A DNA stretch of 64,000 nt, filler included. It is 4 parts of 4 records of this genome, joined end to end, with 100 filler letters (N's around TTAATTAATTAA, not from the genome) between each part and the next. Parts side by side here need not be neighbours in the genome. Positions count along the whole stretch, not along the records: positions 8,828 to 33,407 come from SRR31156797_14829; 3 more parts are not named here. One strand, 5' to 3'. This document shows positions 19,141-27,980 of this stretch, one piece after another. Position numbers and translations under genes: made by a program. Below the pieces are notes generated by a model, which was not told where the DNA came from, searched no databases, and saw only the letters and a list, made by a program, of their open reading frames with translations. Each line of letters starts with the position of its first letter. The first letter of the stretch is position 1.

Positions 19141-20220
19141 TTAAATAATTGCGTTGAAAAGATAGCCCACCACAAGGATACCACAGCCGACAACTGCAAT
19201 AAAAATCGCAATAAGACGGGGCTTAAGTACCTTGCGCAGGATGACCATTTCCGGGAAAGACAACGCGATGACAGACATCATAAAGGCGAGGACCGTACCA
19301 AGGGCAGCCCCCTTGCCGAGCAGAGCTTCGACCACGGGAATGACTCCAGCAGCATTCGTGTACATGGGGATGCCCATAATCACGGAAAGCGGTACGGACC
19401 ACCACGCTTCATCACCCATAATACCGGCAAGCTGACCTTCGGGAACATAGCCATGAATGGCTGCACCAACAGCGATTCCGAGCACCACAAATTTCCAGAC
19501 CCGCCCCGTGATATCCTTGACCGAATCCAAGGCGTAATCAAAACGCCCGGTCCACGTCATCTTCTCATCCATAGCAGCTTCGCCAGCACGGATTTCCTTG
19601 ACCCAGTCCTCCACATGCCCCTCAAGATTCATGCGTCCGAGCACCCATCCAGCCACTACGGCAATGGTTATGCCTGTAACAAAATACAAGGCCGCAATCT
19701 TCCAACCAAGCAGGCCGTAAAGCAGGACCAATGCAATTTCATTGACCATGGGAGCGGCAATAAGAAAGGAAAAGGTCACTCCAAGCGGAATGCCTGCAGT
19801 CATGAACCCGATAAACAGCGGCACGGCTGAACAGGAACAAAACGGTGTGACTACGCCGAGCAGCGCGGCCATGACATTCCCTGCAGACTCCCGTTTTCCG
19901 GCCAAGAAACTCCGCGTCCAGTTAACGGTCACAAATGAGCGCAAGATGCCCACAAGAAAAACCACCAGCACCAAAAGCATCAAAACCTTGGGGGTATCAT
20001 AAACAAAGAACTGAATGGCCGCACCGAGATGGCTGCCCATATCCAACCCAAGCAGGGAATAGGCAAACCAATCGGAAAATGGGAGAAGTTGACTATAGAC
20101 ACCATACCAGACCATCAGTGCCAGACCGCTCATCAAAAGATACTTTGCAAGCCCTCTTCCCGAACCACCTTTACCGGAACCGGATTGACACTCGCATTGT
20201 GTAGTGTTGGATAAAGACAT
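19141..20220 (-). CDS. arsP: ArsP/DUF318 family permease
   Basis: TPFCSCS, PMVNEIA and ALSFPE motifs, downstream of arsR. Confidence 0.88.
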   Translation of the reverse strand: MSLSNTTQCECQSGSGKGGSGRGLAKYLLMSGLALMVWYGVYSQLLPFSDWFAYSLLGLDMGSHLGAAIQFFVYDTPKVLMLLVLVVFLVGILRSFVTVNWTRSFLAGKRESAGNVMAALLGVVTPFCSCSAVPLFIGFMTAGIPLGVTFSFLIAAPMVNEIALVLLYGLLGWKIAALYFVTGITIAVVAGWVLGRMNLEGHVEDWVKEIRAGEAAMDEKMTWTGRFDYALDSVKDITGRVWKFVVLGIAVGAAIHGYVPEGQLAGIMGDEAWWSVPLSVIMGIPMYTNAAGVIPVVEALLGKGAALGTVLAFMMSVIALSFPEMVILRKVLKPRLIAIFIAVVGCGILVVGYLFNAII

Positions 20221-20231
20221 ATTTCCCTCGC

Positions 20232-20247
20232 TTGGCGTTTTCGCCAA
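20232..20247. promoter_or_regulatory. Putative ArsR operator 2
   Basis: Palindrome TTGGCG-TTTT-CGCCAA just upstream of the arsP RBS. Confidence 0.7.
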
Positions 20248-20266
20248 ATGTTTGAACAAAAAAATA

Positions 20267-20569
20267 TTACTTACTTGCAGCCAGCACAGACTCAATGCAC
20301 TGGAAGAAATTAAGAACACACGGAACTTTCAGACGATAATAGACATTTTTGCCACGTTTTTCATCTTCCACAATCCCCACTTTCTTGAGCACAGTGAGGT
20401 GCTTGGACACCGTGGAAATATCCGCGCCCACCAAGTCACGCAGGTCACACACGCACCGCTCTCCCCGGGAGAGTTCGTCGATCATCATCAGCCGAGAGGG
20501 ATGCGCCATGGCCTTGACCACGTTGGCTCGCTCTTCAAACTGCTGTTGTGTGACTATGTCTTGTTTCAT
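20267..20569 (-). CDS. arsR: ArsR/SmtB transcriptional repressor
   Basis: KAMAHPSRL, ERCVCDL and STVSKHL motifs. Confidence 0.93.
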   Translation of the reverse strand: MKQDIVTQQQFEERANVVKAMAHPSRLMMIDELSRGERCVCDLRDLVGADISTVSKHLTVLKKVGIVEDEKRGKNVYYRLKVPCVLNFFQCIESVLAASK

Positions 20570-20593
20570 AAAGGCTTTCTCCGTGACGTTCAC

Positions 20594-20609
20594 TTGGCAA
20601 TATAGCCAA
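20594..20609. promoter_or_regulatory. Putative ArsR operator 1
   Basis: Palindrome TTGGC-AATATA-GCCAA upstream of arsR. Confidence 0.7.
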
Positions 20610-20676
20610 CCGTTGTCCAAAGTCAAGAGGCTCGTATATAATTTCGCCTCATTGGATCATAAAAATATGGTGAGGA

Positions 20677-21129
20677 CTATTCGATAGGGGGCAAAAGAAC
20701 AGCCTTGCCGTGGGTATACTCCACCCTAAACGGTTCCTTCCGAACCGCATAGTCCAACTCAGGTGTCAGCCGAGTAAAGCTGGTGATGGCCCCTCCGTTG
20801 GAAGACACGGTCACATACACCTTCTGCCCCACTTTGGGCTTGATGTAGATGATGTCTTTGGACCGTTTCTGCCATGCGTAGTTCAGGATCTTGCACGCAC
20901 CGATGAATGTCTTGGGTGTATAGGGCGTGACCGCATATACCCGCTTGAAAGAAACACGGGTAAACGTACCATCTCGATTGCCACGCATCTGTCGAACCTG
21001 AGAAACCGTGGCAATGGCTTTGATCTCGGAATCATGGGCCATAAGCGCCATGTAATCCGGTTCACTGGCCTTGGAAGGCAGCACAGCAAGAAGGAAAAAG
21101 AGACCTATAAGGGATATTCGGATTTTCAT
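20677..21129 (-). CDS. Hypothetical exported protein
   Basis: 150 aa with an N-terminal signal peptide. Confidence 0.7.
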   Translation of the reverse strand: MKIRISLIGLFFLLAVLPSKASEPDYMALMAHDSEIKAIATVSQVRQMRGNRDGTFTRVSFKRVYAVTPYTPKTFIGACKILNYAWQKRSKDIIYIKPKVGQKVYVTVSSNGGAITSFTRLTPELDYAVRKEPFRVEYTHGKAVLLPPIE

Positions 21130-21304
21130 ATTATTCTACTGTGTTTATGTCTTCAGCATTACTGAAGCGAAGGCACGGTATACCAGCTTGAACCTATAGG
21201 CAAGAAAGAGAAAGAAGATGCACAGCCTCCATACAACTGAAACGGTATTGGTATCGACAAAACCACACAGGAGCGGTATTACTTTTTTCTAATCAGGAGG
21301 CTTA

Positions 21305-21766
21305 ATGGAATATTTCAACTCTATGGAAAACATACTCTGGCTCATCTGGCTCGGTGTAGGTGTGGCCTTTCTCGTGGCAGAATTCGTGATGCCCGCCTTC
21401 ATCGTCATATTCTTTGGCGTAGGCGCGATCATTGCCGGGGTCACTGCTTTTTTCGGATTTTCACTGCAAATGCAAATTATCGTATTCGGAGCATCATCCT
21501 TGGCTCTGCTCCTCCTGCTTCGCAAGACCATGGCCGACACCTTTGCCGGAGACTCCTCCTCGGATGAAGAAGATGAAGACGCAGCAATTGGTGCACAGTG
21601 CGAAGTTGTAGAGGCAATTCATCCACCACAGGCTGGACGCATCAAGTATCTCGGCTCCTTTTGGTCAGCCCGATGCGATGATTCTGTGGAAACAGGTGAC
21701 ATGGTACGCATCAGTCATCGTGACGAAAAAGACCCCAACGCCTTTATTGTAAAAAAGGAGAACTAA
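21305..21766 (+). CDS. NfeD family membrane protein (OB-fold)
   Basis: Hydrophobic N-terminus, GRIKYLGSFWSA, AGGAGG RBS, and position upstream of an SPFH gene. Confidence 0.88.
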   Translation: MEYFNSMENILWLIWLGVGVAFLVAEFVMPAFIVIFFGVGAIIAGVTAFFGFSLQMQIIVFGASSLALLLLLRKTMADTFAGDSSSDEEDEDAAIGAQCEVVEAIHPPQAGRIKYLGSFWSARCDDSVETGDMVRISHRDEKDPNAFIVKKEN

Positions 21767-21767
21767 T

Positions 21768-22790
21768 ATGGATCCCGCAACCCTGACTTCCCTGATAACA
21801 GCCGTTGTCTTTGTTCTGATTTTGATCACCTTGATCATCAAAACGGCTGTCGTGGTGCCGCAAAAAAGCCACTTTGTTGTCGAACGACTCGGTAAATACT
21901 CTAAAAGCCTCAGCGCGGGACTGCATATCCTGATCCCGTTCATCGACAAGATTGCGTATAAACGCAGTCTCAAGGAAGAGGTCATGGATATCCCGGCCCA
22001 AAGCTGCATTACCCGTGACAACGTATCCGTAACCATTGACGGCGTGCTGTACATCCGAGTCATTGATGCCAAGAAGTCCTGTTATGGCATTGAAAATTAC
22101 TACGTTGCAGCCTCGCAGTTGGCCCAGACATCGCTGAGATCAGCCATCGGTAAAATCGATCTGGACAAAACCTTCGAAGAACGTGAGACCATCAACTCAT
22201 CTGTCGTGCTGGCCGTAGACGAGGCCGCACAGGAATGGGGTATCAAGGTCATGCGCTATGAGATCAAAGATATCACGCCTCCCAGCACGGTCATGACTGC
22301 AATGGAACAGCAGATGAGAGCCGAACGTGAAAAACGCGCGGAAATCGCCATCTCCGAAGGAGACCGTCAATCACGTATCAACCGAAGTGAAGGTTTGAAG
22401 CAGGAGGCTGTGCAGGTATCCGAAGGTGAAAAACAGAAACGCATCAACGAAGCCCAAGGTCGTGCTCAGGAAATCCTGCTCGTTGCCGATGCTACGGCAC
22501 AAGGCCTGCAAAAAGTGGCCGAGGTTATGAACATGCCCGGCGGCGCCGAAGCCATGAACCTCAAGGTGGCCGAACAATACATTGATGAATTCGGCAACCT
22601 CGCCAAAGAGAACAACACCATGATCATCCCGACAGACCTCGCCAACATGGGCGGCATGGTAGCAGCGGCAACCGAAATCATCAAAAAGACATCGGTCAGC
22701 CCCACAGCCAAACCCAAAAAAGCGGCTCCAAAGAAAACCACTGAGCCACAACAGGCTCCTCAGTCTGTGGGCGGTTTCGCTGTGGAATAA
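21768..22790 (+). CDS. SPFH/Band-7 (stomatin/paraslipin-like) protein
   Basis: VVERLGKY, ITRDNVSV, LAQTSLRSAIG and AEREKRA motifs. Confidence 0.93.
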   Translation: MDPATLTSLITAVVFVLILITLIIKTAVVVPQKSHFVVERLGKYSKSLSAGLHILIPFIDKIAYKRSLKEEVMDIPAQSCITRDNVSVTIDGVLYIRVIDAKKSCYGIENYYVAASQLAQTSLRSAIGKIDLDKTFEERETINSSVVLAVDEAAQEWGIKVMRYEIKDITPPSTVMTAMEQQMRAEREKRAEIAISEGDRQSRINRSEGLKQEAVQVSEGEKQKRINEAQGRAQEILLVADATAQGLQKVAEVMNMPGGAEAMNLKVAEQYIDEFGNLAKENNTMIIPTDLANMGGMVAAATEIIKKTSVSPTAKPKKAAPKKTTEPQQAPQSVGGFAVE

Positions 22791-22811
22791 CCACTCACAT
22801 CATCGTCATTC

Positions 22812-22845
22812 AAAGGCTCTGCCCATGTGGGCGGGGCCTTTTTTT
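22812..22845 (+). terminator. Rho-independent terminator
   Basis: AAAGGCTCTGCCC-ATGT-GGGCGGGGCC-T7. Confidence 0.85.
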
Positions 22846-22862
22846 ACGAAAAAAGATGTCAC

Positions 22863-24083
22863 CTAACTCAAGGGAATGGCCGAGCCCTCGCCCAACGGTT
22901 CAATGCCAAGGTGTATGGCAACGGTCTGCCCCACATCCGCGAAGGTCTCACGCATGCCATCGGCTCCCGGCAGCACCTCCGGTCCAAACAGGAGCACCGG
23001 CACGCACTCGCGAGTATGATCGCTTCCTTGCCAAGTGGGATCACAACCATGATCCGCAGTAATAATCGCCAAATCACCGGGCCGAAGACGACTGGTCAAC
23101 CCAGACACTCGTTTATCGATTCGTTCCAATGCGGCGGCGTATCCGGTTACATTCCGGCGATGTCCCCATTCAGAATCGAACTCCACAAAATTCACAAAGG
23201 TAAGCGAACCATCCGGCGCATTCTCGACTTCATCTTCCAGCAAATCAAACAGGCCGTCTGAGTCCGGCGCCTTGACCTTTTTCGTCAGGCCTTGGTGTGC
23301 AAAAATATCGGCAATTTTACCCACGGAAACGACCTCTCGACCCGCGGCCTTGAGCTTATCAAGCAAAGTCTGAGACGGTGGTGGCAAAGAATAATCCCGA
23401 CGGTTGGCCGTTCGTTTAAACGCTCCCGGTTCCCCGATAAACGGACGGGCAATGACTCGCCCTATATTGTAACCTTCCAATAATTCTCGCACGAGTTCAC
23501 AGAGCGCGAACAATCGATCCAGCCCGAAGTGTTCTTCATGGGCCGCAATCTGAAAAACCGAATCAGCCGAGGTATAACAAATGGGTTTGCCTGACTGAAT
23601 ATGTTCTTCGCCAAGTCGGGCGATGATTTCCGTCCCCGATGCGTGACAGTTACCTAAAATTCCTGGCAAATTGCCCTTTTCAACAATCTCGGCAATTAAC
23701 GTTTCAGGGAAACTTGGATATTCAGGAGGGAAATAGCCCCATTCAAAGCGAACCGGCACCCCAGCCATTTCCCAATGACCGCTCGGGGTATCCTTGCCAA
23801 GACTTATTTCATTTGCCGCCGCGAACCGACCACGCAAAACCGGCGATGTCAGACCGGGAGGCACTGTCCCGGTCACCAGTTGGGCAGCCAGTCCAAGGCC
23901 GAGAGAGCTCAGGCATGGCAGATGCAACGGACCGGACCGAAGACCGTCCTGATCAGCCTCACCCCGTGCGCATTTTTCGGCAATATGCCCAAGTGTGTCG
24001 GCACCGGCATCACCAAAGCGGTCAGCGTCCGGCGCCCAGCCAATACCAAGGCTGTCCAGCACGAGAATAAACGCGCGTCCCAT
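22863..24083 (-). CDS. deoB: Phosphopentomutase
   Basis: [31 protein letters not shown] and TADHGCDP motifs. Confidence 0.96.
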   Translation of the reverse strand: MGRAFILVLDSLGIGWAPDADRFGDAGADTLGHIAEKCARGEADQDGLRSGPLHLPCLSSLGLGLAAQLVTGTVPPGLTSPVLRGRFAAANEISLGKDTPSGHWEMAGVPVRFEWGYFPPEYPSFPETLIAEIVEKGNLPGILGNCHASGTEIIARLGEEHIQSGKPICYTSADSVFQIAAHEEHFGLDRLFALCELVRELLEGYNIGRVIARPFIGEPGAFKRTANRRDYSLPPPSQTLLDKLKAAGREVVSVGKIADIFAHQGLTKKVKAPDSDGLFDLLEDEVENAPDGSLTFVNFVEFDSEWGHRRNVTGYAAALERIDKRVSGLTSRLRPGDLAIITADHGCDPTWQGSDHTRECVPVLLFGPEVLPGADGMRETFADVGQTVAIHLGIEPLGEGSAIPLS

Positions 24084-25415
24084 CTATGCAACCCCTGTAA
24101 TACGCTCTGCCACCACAGGCCGATCTGCCGGACAATCCGGGCCAACCTGCACGGCTTCACGGATACGCTCCACCGCCATGTTAGCCTTTTCCTCATCGCG
24201 TGCGAACACTCTGCACATCGGGACATCAGGTCCGACCTTATCGCCAACATGAGCGAAATTCGTCATGCCCACACCGTAATCAATGAACTGATCCCCACGG
24301 ATACGCCCACCCTTCATGGCCACCAAAGTCATGCCCACAGCGCGATTGTCCATGGCCGTCACGAACCCGGCACTTTCCGGGTACACAGCCATCTCCACAG
24401 GAGCCACATCGAGATACTCCGCAGCCTTTTGCACGAAATCCACAGGACCACCCAACCCCTTTATCATTGTGCCAAAACAATCAGCTGCTGTGCCTGAATC
24501 AAGAGCCGCGTTCATTTTTATGGTGGCTTCGCCGATGTCCTTTGCCAGTCCGGCAAGAATCAGCATTTCACCAGTCAAGGCGAACACAATCTGCGTCAAT
24601 CTCGAATCGCGATATTCACCTGTCAAAAAATCCACGGCTTCCTGCATTTCCAGTGCATTGCCAATGCTATGACCCAGTACTTCATTCATATCCGTAAGCA
24701 AGGCCACTGTCGGCACACCTGCACCCGCGGCAACATGGGCGATGGATTCGGCAAGTGCTTTGGCATCCTCATATTTTTCCATGAACGCACCGGAACCATA
24801 TTTCACATCCATGACCAATCCCTGCAACCCCGCCGCCAATTTCTTGGACAGGATGGACGCCGTGATGAGGTCGATAGATTCCACGGTCGCTGTGACATCA
24901 CGAATGGAATACAGCCGCCTATCTGCGGGGGCGAGGTCCGAGGTCTGACCGATGATGGCACAGCCTGCTTCTCGCGTCACAGTGACAAAAGTCTCAAGGT
25001 CAGGAGTCGTATCATAGCCCGGAATAGCATCAAATTTATCGAGTGTACCGCCTGTATGTCCAAGGCCACGCCCGGAAATCATGGGAACAAATGCACCGCA
25101 TGCCGCAGCCAATGGACCGAGAATCAGACTGACTTTATCGCCCACGCCGCCCGTGGAATGTTTGTCCACCACCCCGGATTCAAAACCCAAACTCGGCCAA
25201 TCGATGACCGTGCCCGAATTTTTCATGGCGACAGTCAGGTCAATACGTTCCTGCATGGACATGCCTTGAAAAAACACGGCCATGGCAAATGCCGCCACTT
25301 GCCCTTCGGAGACGGATTCATCCGTAATGCCACGCACCATGGATTCGATGTCGGATTTATCAAGCGGATATCCGTCCCGTTTTTTGCGAATTATTTCTTG
25401 CGGTATAAATTTCAT
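24084..25415 (-). CDS. deoA: Thymidine phosphorylase
   Basis: DKHSTGGVGDK, SGRGLGHTGGTLDK and SILSKKLAAG motifs. Confidence 0.95.
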   Translation of the reverse strand: MKFIPQEIIRKKRDGYPLDKSDIESMVRGITDESVSEGQVAAFAMAVFFQGMSMQERIDLTVAMKNSGTVIDWPSLGFESGVVDKHSTGGVGDKVSLILGPLAAACGAFVPMISGRGLGHTGGTLDKFDAIPGYDTTPDLETFVTVTREAGCAIIGQTSDLAPADRRLYSIRDVTATVESIDLITASILSKKLAAGLQGLVMDVKYGSGAFMEKYEDAKALAESIAHVAAGAGVPTVALLTDMNEVLGHSIGNALEMQEAVDFLTGEYRDSRLTQIVFALTGEMLILAGLAKDIGEATIKMNAALDSGTAADCFGTMIKGLGGPVDFVQKAAEYLDVAPVEMAVYPESAGFVTAMDNRAVGMTLVAMKGGRIRGDQFIDYGVGMTNFAHVGDKVGPDVPMCRVFARDEEKANMAVERIREAVQVGPDCPADRPVVAERITGVA

Positions 25416-25420
25416 GGGGA

Positions 25421-25530
25421 GGCGCCTCCGGCGGCTAGGGAAAGGAAGACAAAAATCTCTGAAAAGGGTTCTTTTCTTCCCCCCCCATCCTTTTCCTCAA
25501 CTTTTTGTAGGGCGCATTTGCGCTGATTAG
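25421..25530. repeat. REP-like intergenic element beginning GCCTCCGGCGGC
   Basis: The core is shared with 17587-17596 and, in reverse, with 8846-8857. It has internal purine/pyrimidine inverted tracts. Confidence 0.5.
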
Positions 25531-25574
25531 ATAAGGGAGGGAGTTTGTTTTTTATTCGTTGTGTTGACGAGGTT

Positions 25575-26393
25575 TTAGTAGTCGTGTTTTTCGTTAGGGA
25601 CGCTGTTCAAGTTGAGTTCCTTAAGGACATCATTGAGGATGCCACTGGCTCCGAAACGAAGGGTTTGAGGAGTGGCCCAGCCCTGTCCCATGATCTGATC
25701 GGCAAGGTAGAGAAACCCAGCACTGTCTGACACGGTTTTGAGGCCGCCTGAAGGCTTGAAACCGAGGGGCCGGTTGGTATTGGGCTGCATTTCCTCAATG
25801 ACAGAAAGCATAACGGCAGCGACTTCAAGAGTTGCCCCACCCGGCACCTTACCGGTGGAAGTCTTGATGAAATCGGCACCAGCCTCGATAGCGGCTCGAC
25901 TAGCGGCTTCAATAATGCGTAAGGACTGGAGCTGGCTTGTTTCAAGGATGACCTTGAGTTTGACATCTTCACCACAAACCACACGGACCTGTTCGATCAA
26001 TGCACTGGCGGTGTCTTCGTCGCCGGACTTGAACCGTTTGTATGGCATGACCACATCCACTTCATGCACCCCCATATTGACCTGTTCTCTGGCCTCGGCA
26101 ACAGCCTTGGCCGCATCTGCTCCGCCATGAGGGAAATTGCAAACCGTAGCCACACGGACGCATGTGCCCTCCAGATCCTTGAGCGCAAGCGGGACAAATC
26201 TGTCATACACACAGACGGCAGCGACATGCCCTGCCGAGCACACAGCGCGAGAGCATAGATCTTTAATCGTGTCATCAGTGTCGTTTTCGCCCAAAGACGT
26301 CAGGTCCATTGAGGCAAGGGTTCGCAAAGCAAACTCTTCATTGGCCGCGATGTGTTGCGCCTCGGCCACCAATTTTTTCAATATGTCGTTCAT
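25575..26393 (-). CDS. deoC: Deoxyribose-phosphate aldolase
   Basis: DLTSL, ATVCNFP, KVILET, FIKTSTGK and RFGASG motifs. Confidence 0.95.
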   Translation of the reverse strand: MNDILKKLVAEAQHIAANEEFALRTLASMDLTSLGENDTDDTIKDLCSRAVCSAGHVAAVCVYDRFVPLALKDLEGTCVRVATVCNFPHGGADAAKAVAEAREQVNMGVHEVDVVMPYKRFKSGDEDTASALIEQVRVVCGEDVKLKVILETSQLQSLRIIEAASRAAIEAGADFIKTSTGKVPGGATLEVAAVMLSVIEEMQPNTNRPLGFKPSGGLKTVSDSAGFLYLADQIMGQGWATPQTLRFGASGILNDVLKELNLNSVPNEKHDY

Positions 26394-26395
26394 TT

Positions 26396-26848
26396 TTATT
26401 TTTTGTTGAGGTTTCCCGGCCCGAAAGAATGGGGCAGCAATTCATCCAAAGTCATGGTCAAAAGTACACGCTCGCTGTTGCAGGAATAAGCAATGGTGTC
26501 CGGGGTGGAAAATTCACGTATGCGCTGACGACAACCGCCGCACGGCGTACAAACGTCCCGGGACGGCCCAACAATCACGATCTCACGAATGACGCGACCA
26601 CCACCGCGCACCATAGCGCTTATGGCTGACTGTTCAGCGCAACAGCCTAGCGGATAAGCCGCGTTTTCAACATTGCAGCCAGTGTATATATCGCCCGTAT
26701 CCGTTACCAGAGCAACGCCCACTGGATGATTGGAATACGGAGCATATGCCATATCGCGAGCCTCGGTCGCCAATCGAATGAGTTCTTTGATATCAGGCAA
26801 TAGACCACTCCTTGACTTAGGGATGTCAGCGGCTTGTGATACTGCCAC
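26396..26848 (-). CDS. cdd: Cytidine deaminase (homotetrameric type)
   Basis: AYAPYS, GCNVENAAY, CAE and PCGGCRQ motifs. Confidence 0.95.
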   Translation of the reverse strand: MAVSQAADIPKSRSGLLPDIKELIRLATEARDMAYAPYSNHPVGVALVTDTGDIYTGCNVENAAYPLGCCAEQSAISAMVRGGGRVIREIVIVGPSRDVCTPCGGCRQRIREFSTPDTIAYSCNSERVLLTMTLDELLPHSFGPGNLNKK

Positions 26849-26961
26849 CGTGTTTACGCCCCTTCAGACAGGGCATTGGCACTCAAGCTACCAACGGAAT
26901 AAATGTGAATATCAAAGAGGTCAACCGATTGCCCTAAATCACAGCGGATGTTTACCACAGG

Positions 26962-26991
26962 AAAAGCCCTGTAGTATAAAACCACAGGGCT
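26962..26991 (-). terminator. Rho-independent terminator
   Basis: On the minus strand: AGCCCTGTGG-loop-CTACAGGGCT-TTT. Confidence 0.7.
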
Positions 26992-27015
26992 CTTAACTAT
27001 CCTTCAGAATTGGAC

Positions 27016-27816
27016 CTAATTAAACATGTCGCTAATGGCGTCACGAAGGCCGGACTTTATTTCATCCTTGGTAGCTTCCTTGGCATCGTACCCGATATCC
27101 TTGGCGTCATTTTCCAACCCCATGTCTCCACCGGATTGTTGCTGAGCCGGAGGCTGCTGCATTTGCACCTGTTGGGAATTCGCCGGAAGCTTATAATATG
27201 CAGAATCAAGGTTTCGAATGGTCAGGCTGGTCAACCGCATGTCATTGCCAGAACGTAATAGGCCACCGTAGCCCATCTTTTTGGCCTCTTCCATGGAATC
27301 GTCAAAGGAATCACCCATGCTCTGCGTCAGGGCTTCGGCAATGGCAATCCATCCCTCGGAAAGCTTCTTGATGTTCGAATGGTTACTCAAAACCATTTCT
27401 TCACGGCTGGTAATCTTACCATCCTCATAAACTTTGGCCTCGTACACCGTGCCCTTATATCCGGCCACGGTTTCGGTCCTGCCGGTCTTTTCGTACCGAA
27501 CATCATATTCTGTTTCGGCAGCCTCATCGTCACCACCAAACATAGAGGAAAAACCACTTGCCATGCCCGCCATCTGGCCCATGTCCATGACATTGCATGC
27601 TCCGCTCTCATCACAAGTCACGGAATACACCTTCCCGCCCGACAACAACATGTAGGAAGTTGGCGACGTATCCATCCGTACATGATGAGCATCACGAGTC
27701 ACCAATGTGATCATTGACCCGTCAGAATACGTATACGTGGCTACAATGTCAGACGCAGCCTGCGCACACACAGGCATGACCAGAAAGACACACAAACAAA
27801 ACAAAAATTTACGCAT
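27016..27816 (-). CDS. Exported protein, DUF4412-like
   Basis: Signal peptide, KTGRTETVAGYKG motif and a GAGGAG RBS. Confidence 0.7.
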   Translation of the reverse strand: MRKFLFCLCVFLVMPVCAQAASDIVATYTYSDGSMITLVTRDAHHVRMDTSPTSYMLLSGGKVYSVTCDESGACNVMDMGQMAGMASGFSSMFGGDDEAAETEYDVRYEKTGRTETVAGYKGTVYEAKVYEDGKITSREEMVLSNHSNIKKLSEGWIAIAEALTQSMGDSFDDSMEEAKKMGYGGLLRSGNDMRLTSLTIRNLDSAYYKLPANSQQVQMQQPPAQQQSGGDMGLENDAKDIGYDAKEATKDEIKSGLRDAISDMFN

Positions 27817-27921
27817 GGAACTCCTCCTCAAGTATATCCCCGATTGGTGCTTGCACCCCGATTTAATCACGATCCAGTAACTGTACATTAATCATAAAAC
27901 CCATTTCATTTCAAACACACA

Positions 27922-27956
27922 AAAAAAGGCTTGCAACGACATGTTGCAAGCCTTTT
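27922..27956 (-). terminator. Rho-independent terminator ending the nhaB operon
   Basis: AAAAGGCTTGCAAC-GACAT-GTTGCAAGCCTTTT. Confidence 0.85.
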
Positions 27957-27980
27957 ATCTTTTATTCAAATAAATAGGGC

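Noticed and set aside
11902-25526. Long antisense ORFs (e.g. 11902-12513, 23775-24497, 24669-25526)
   Set aside because: They are shadow frames of well-supported genes on the opposite strand.
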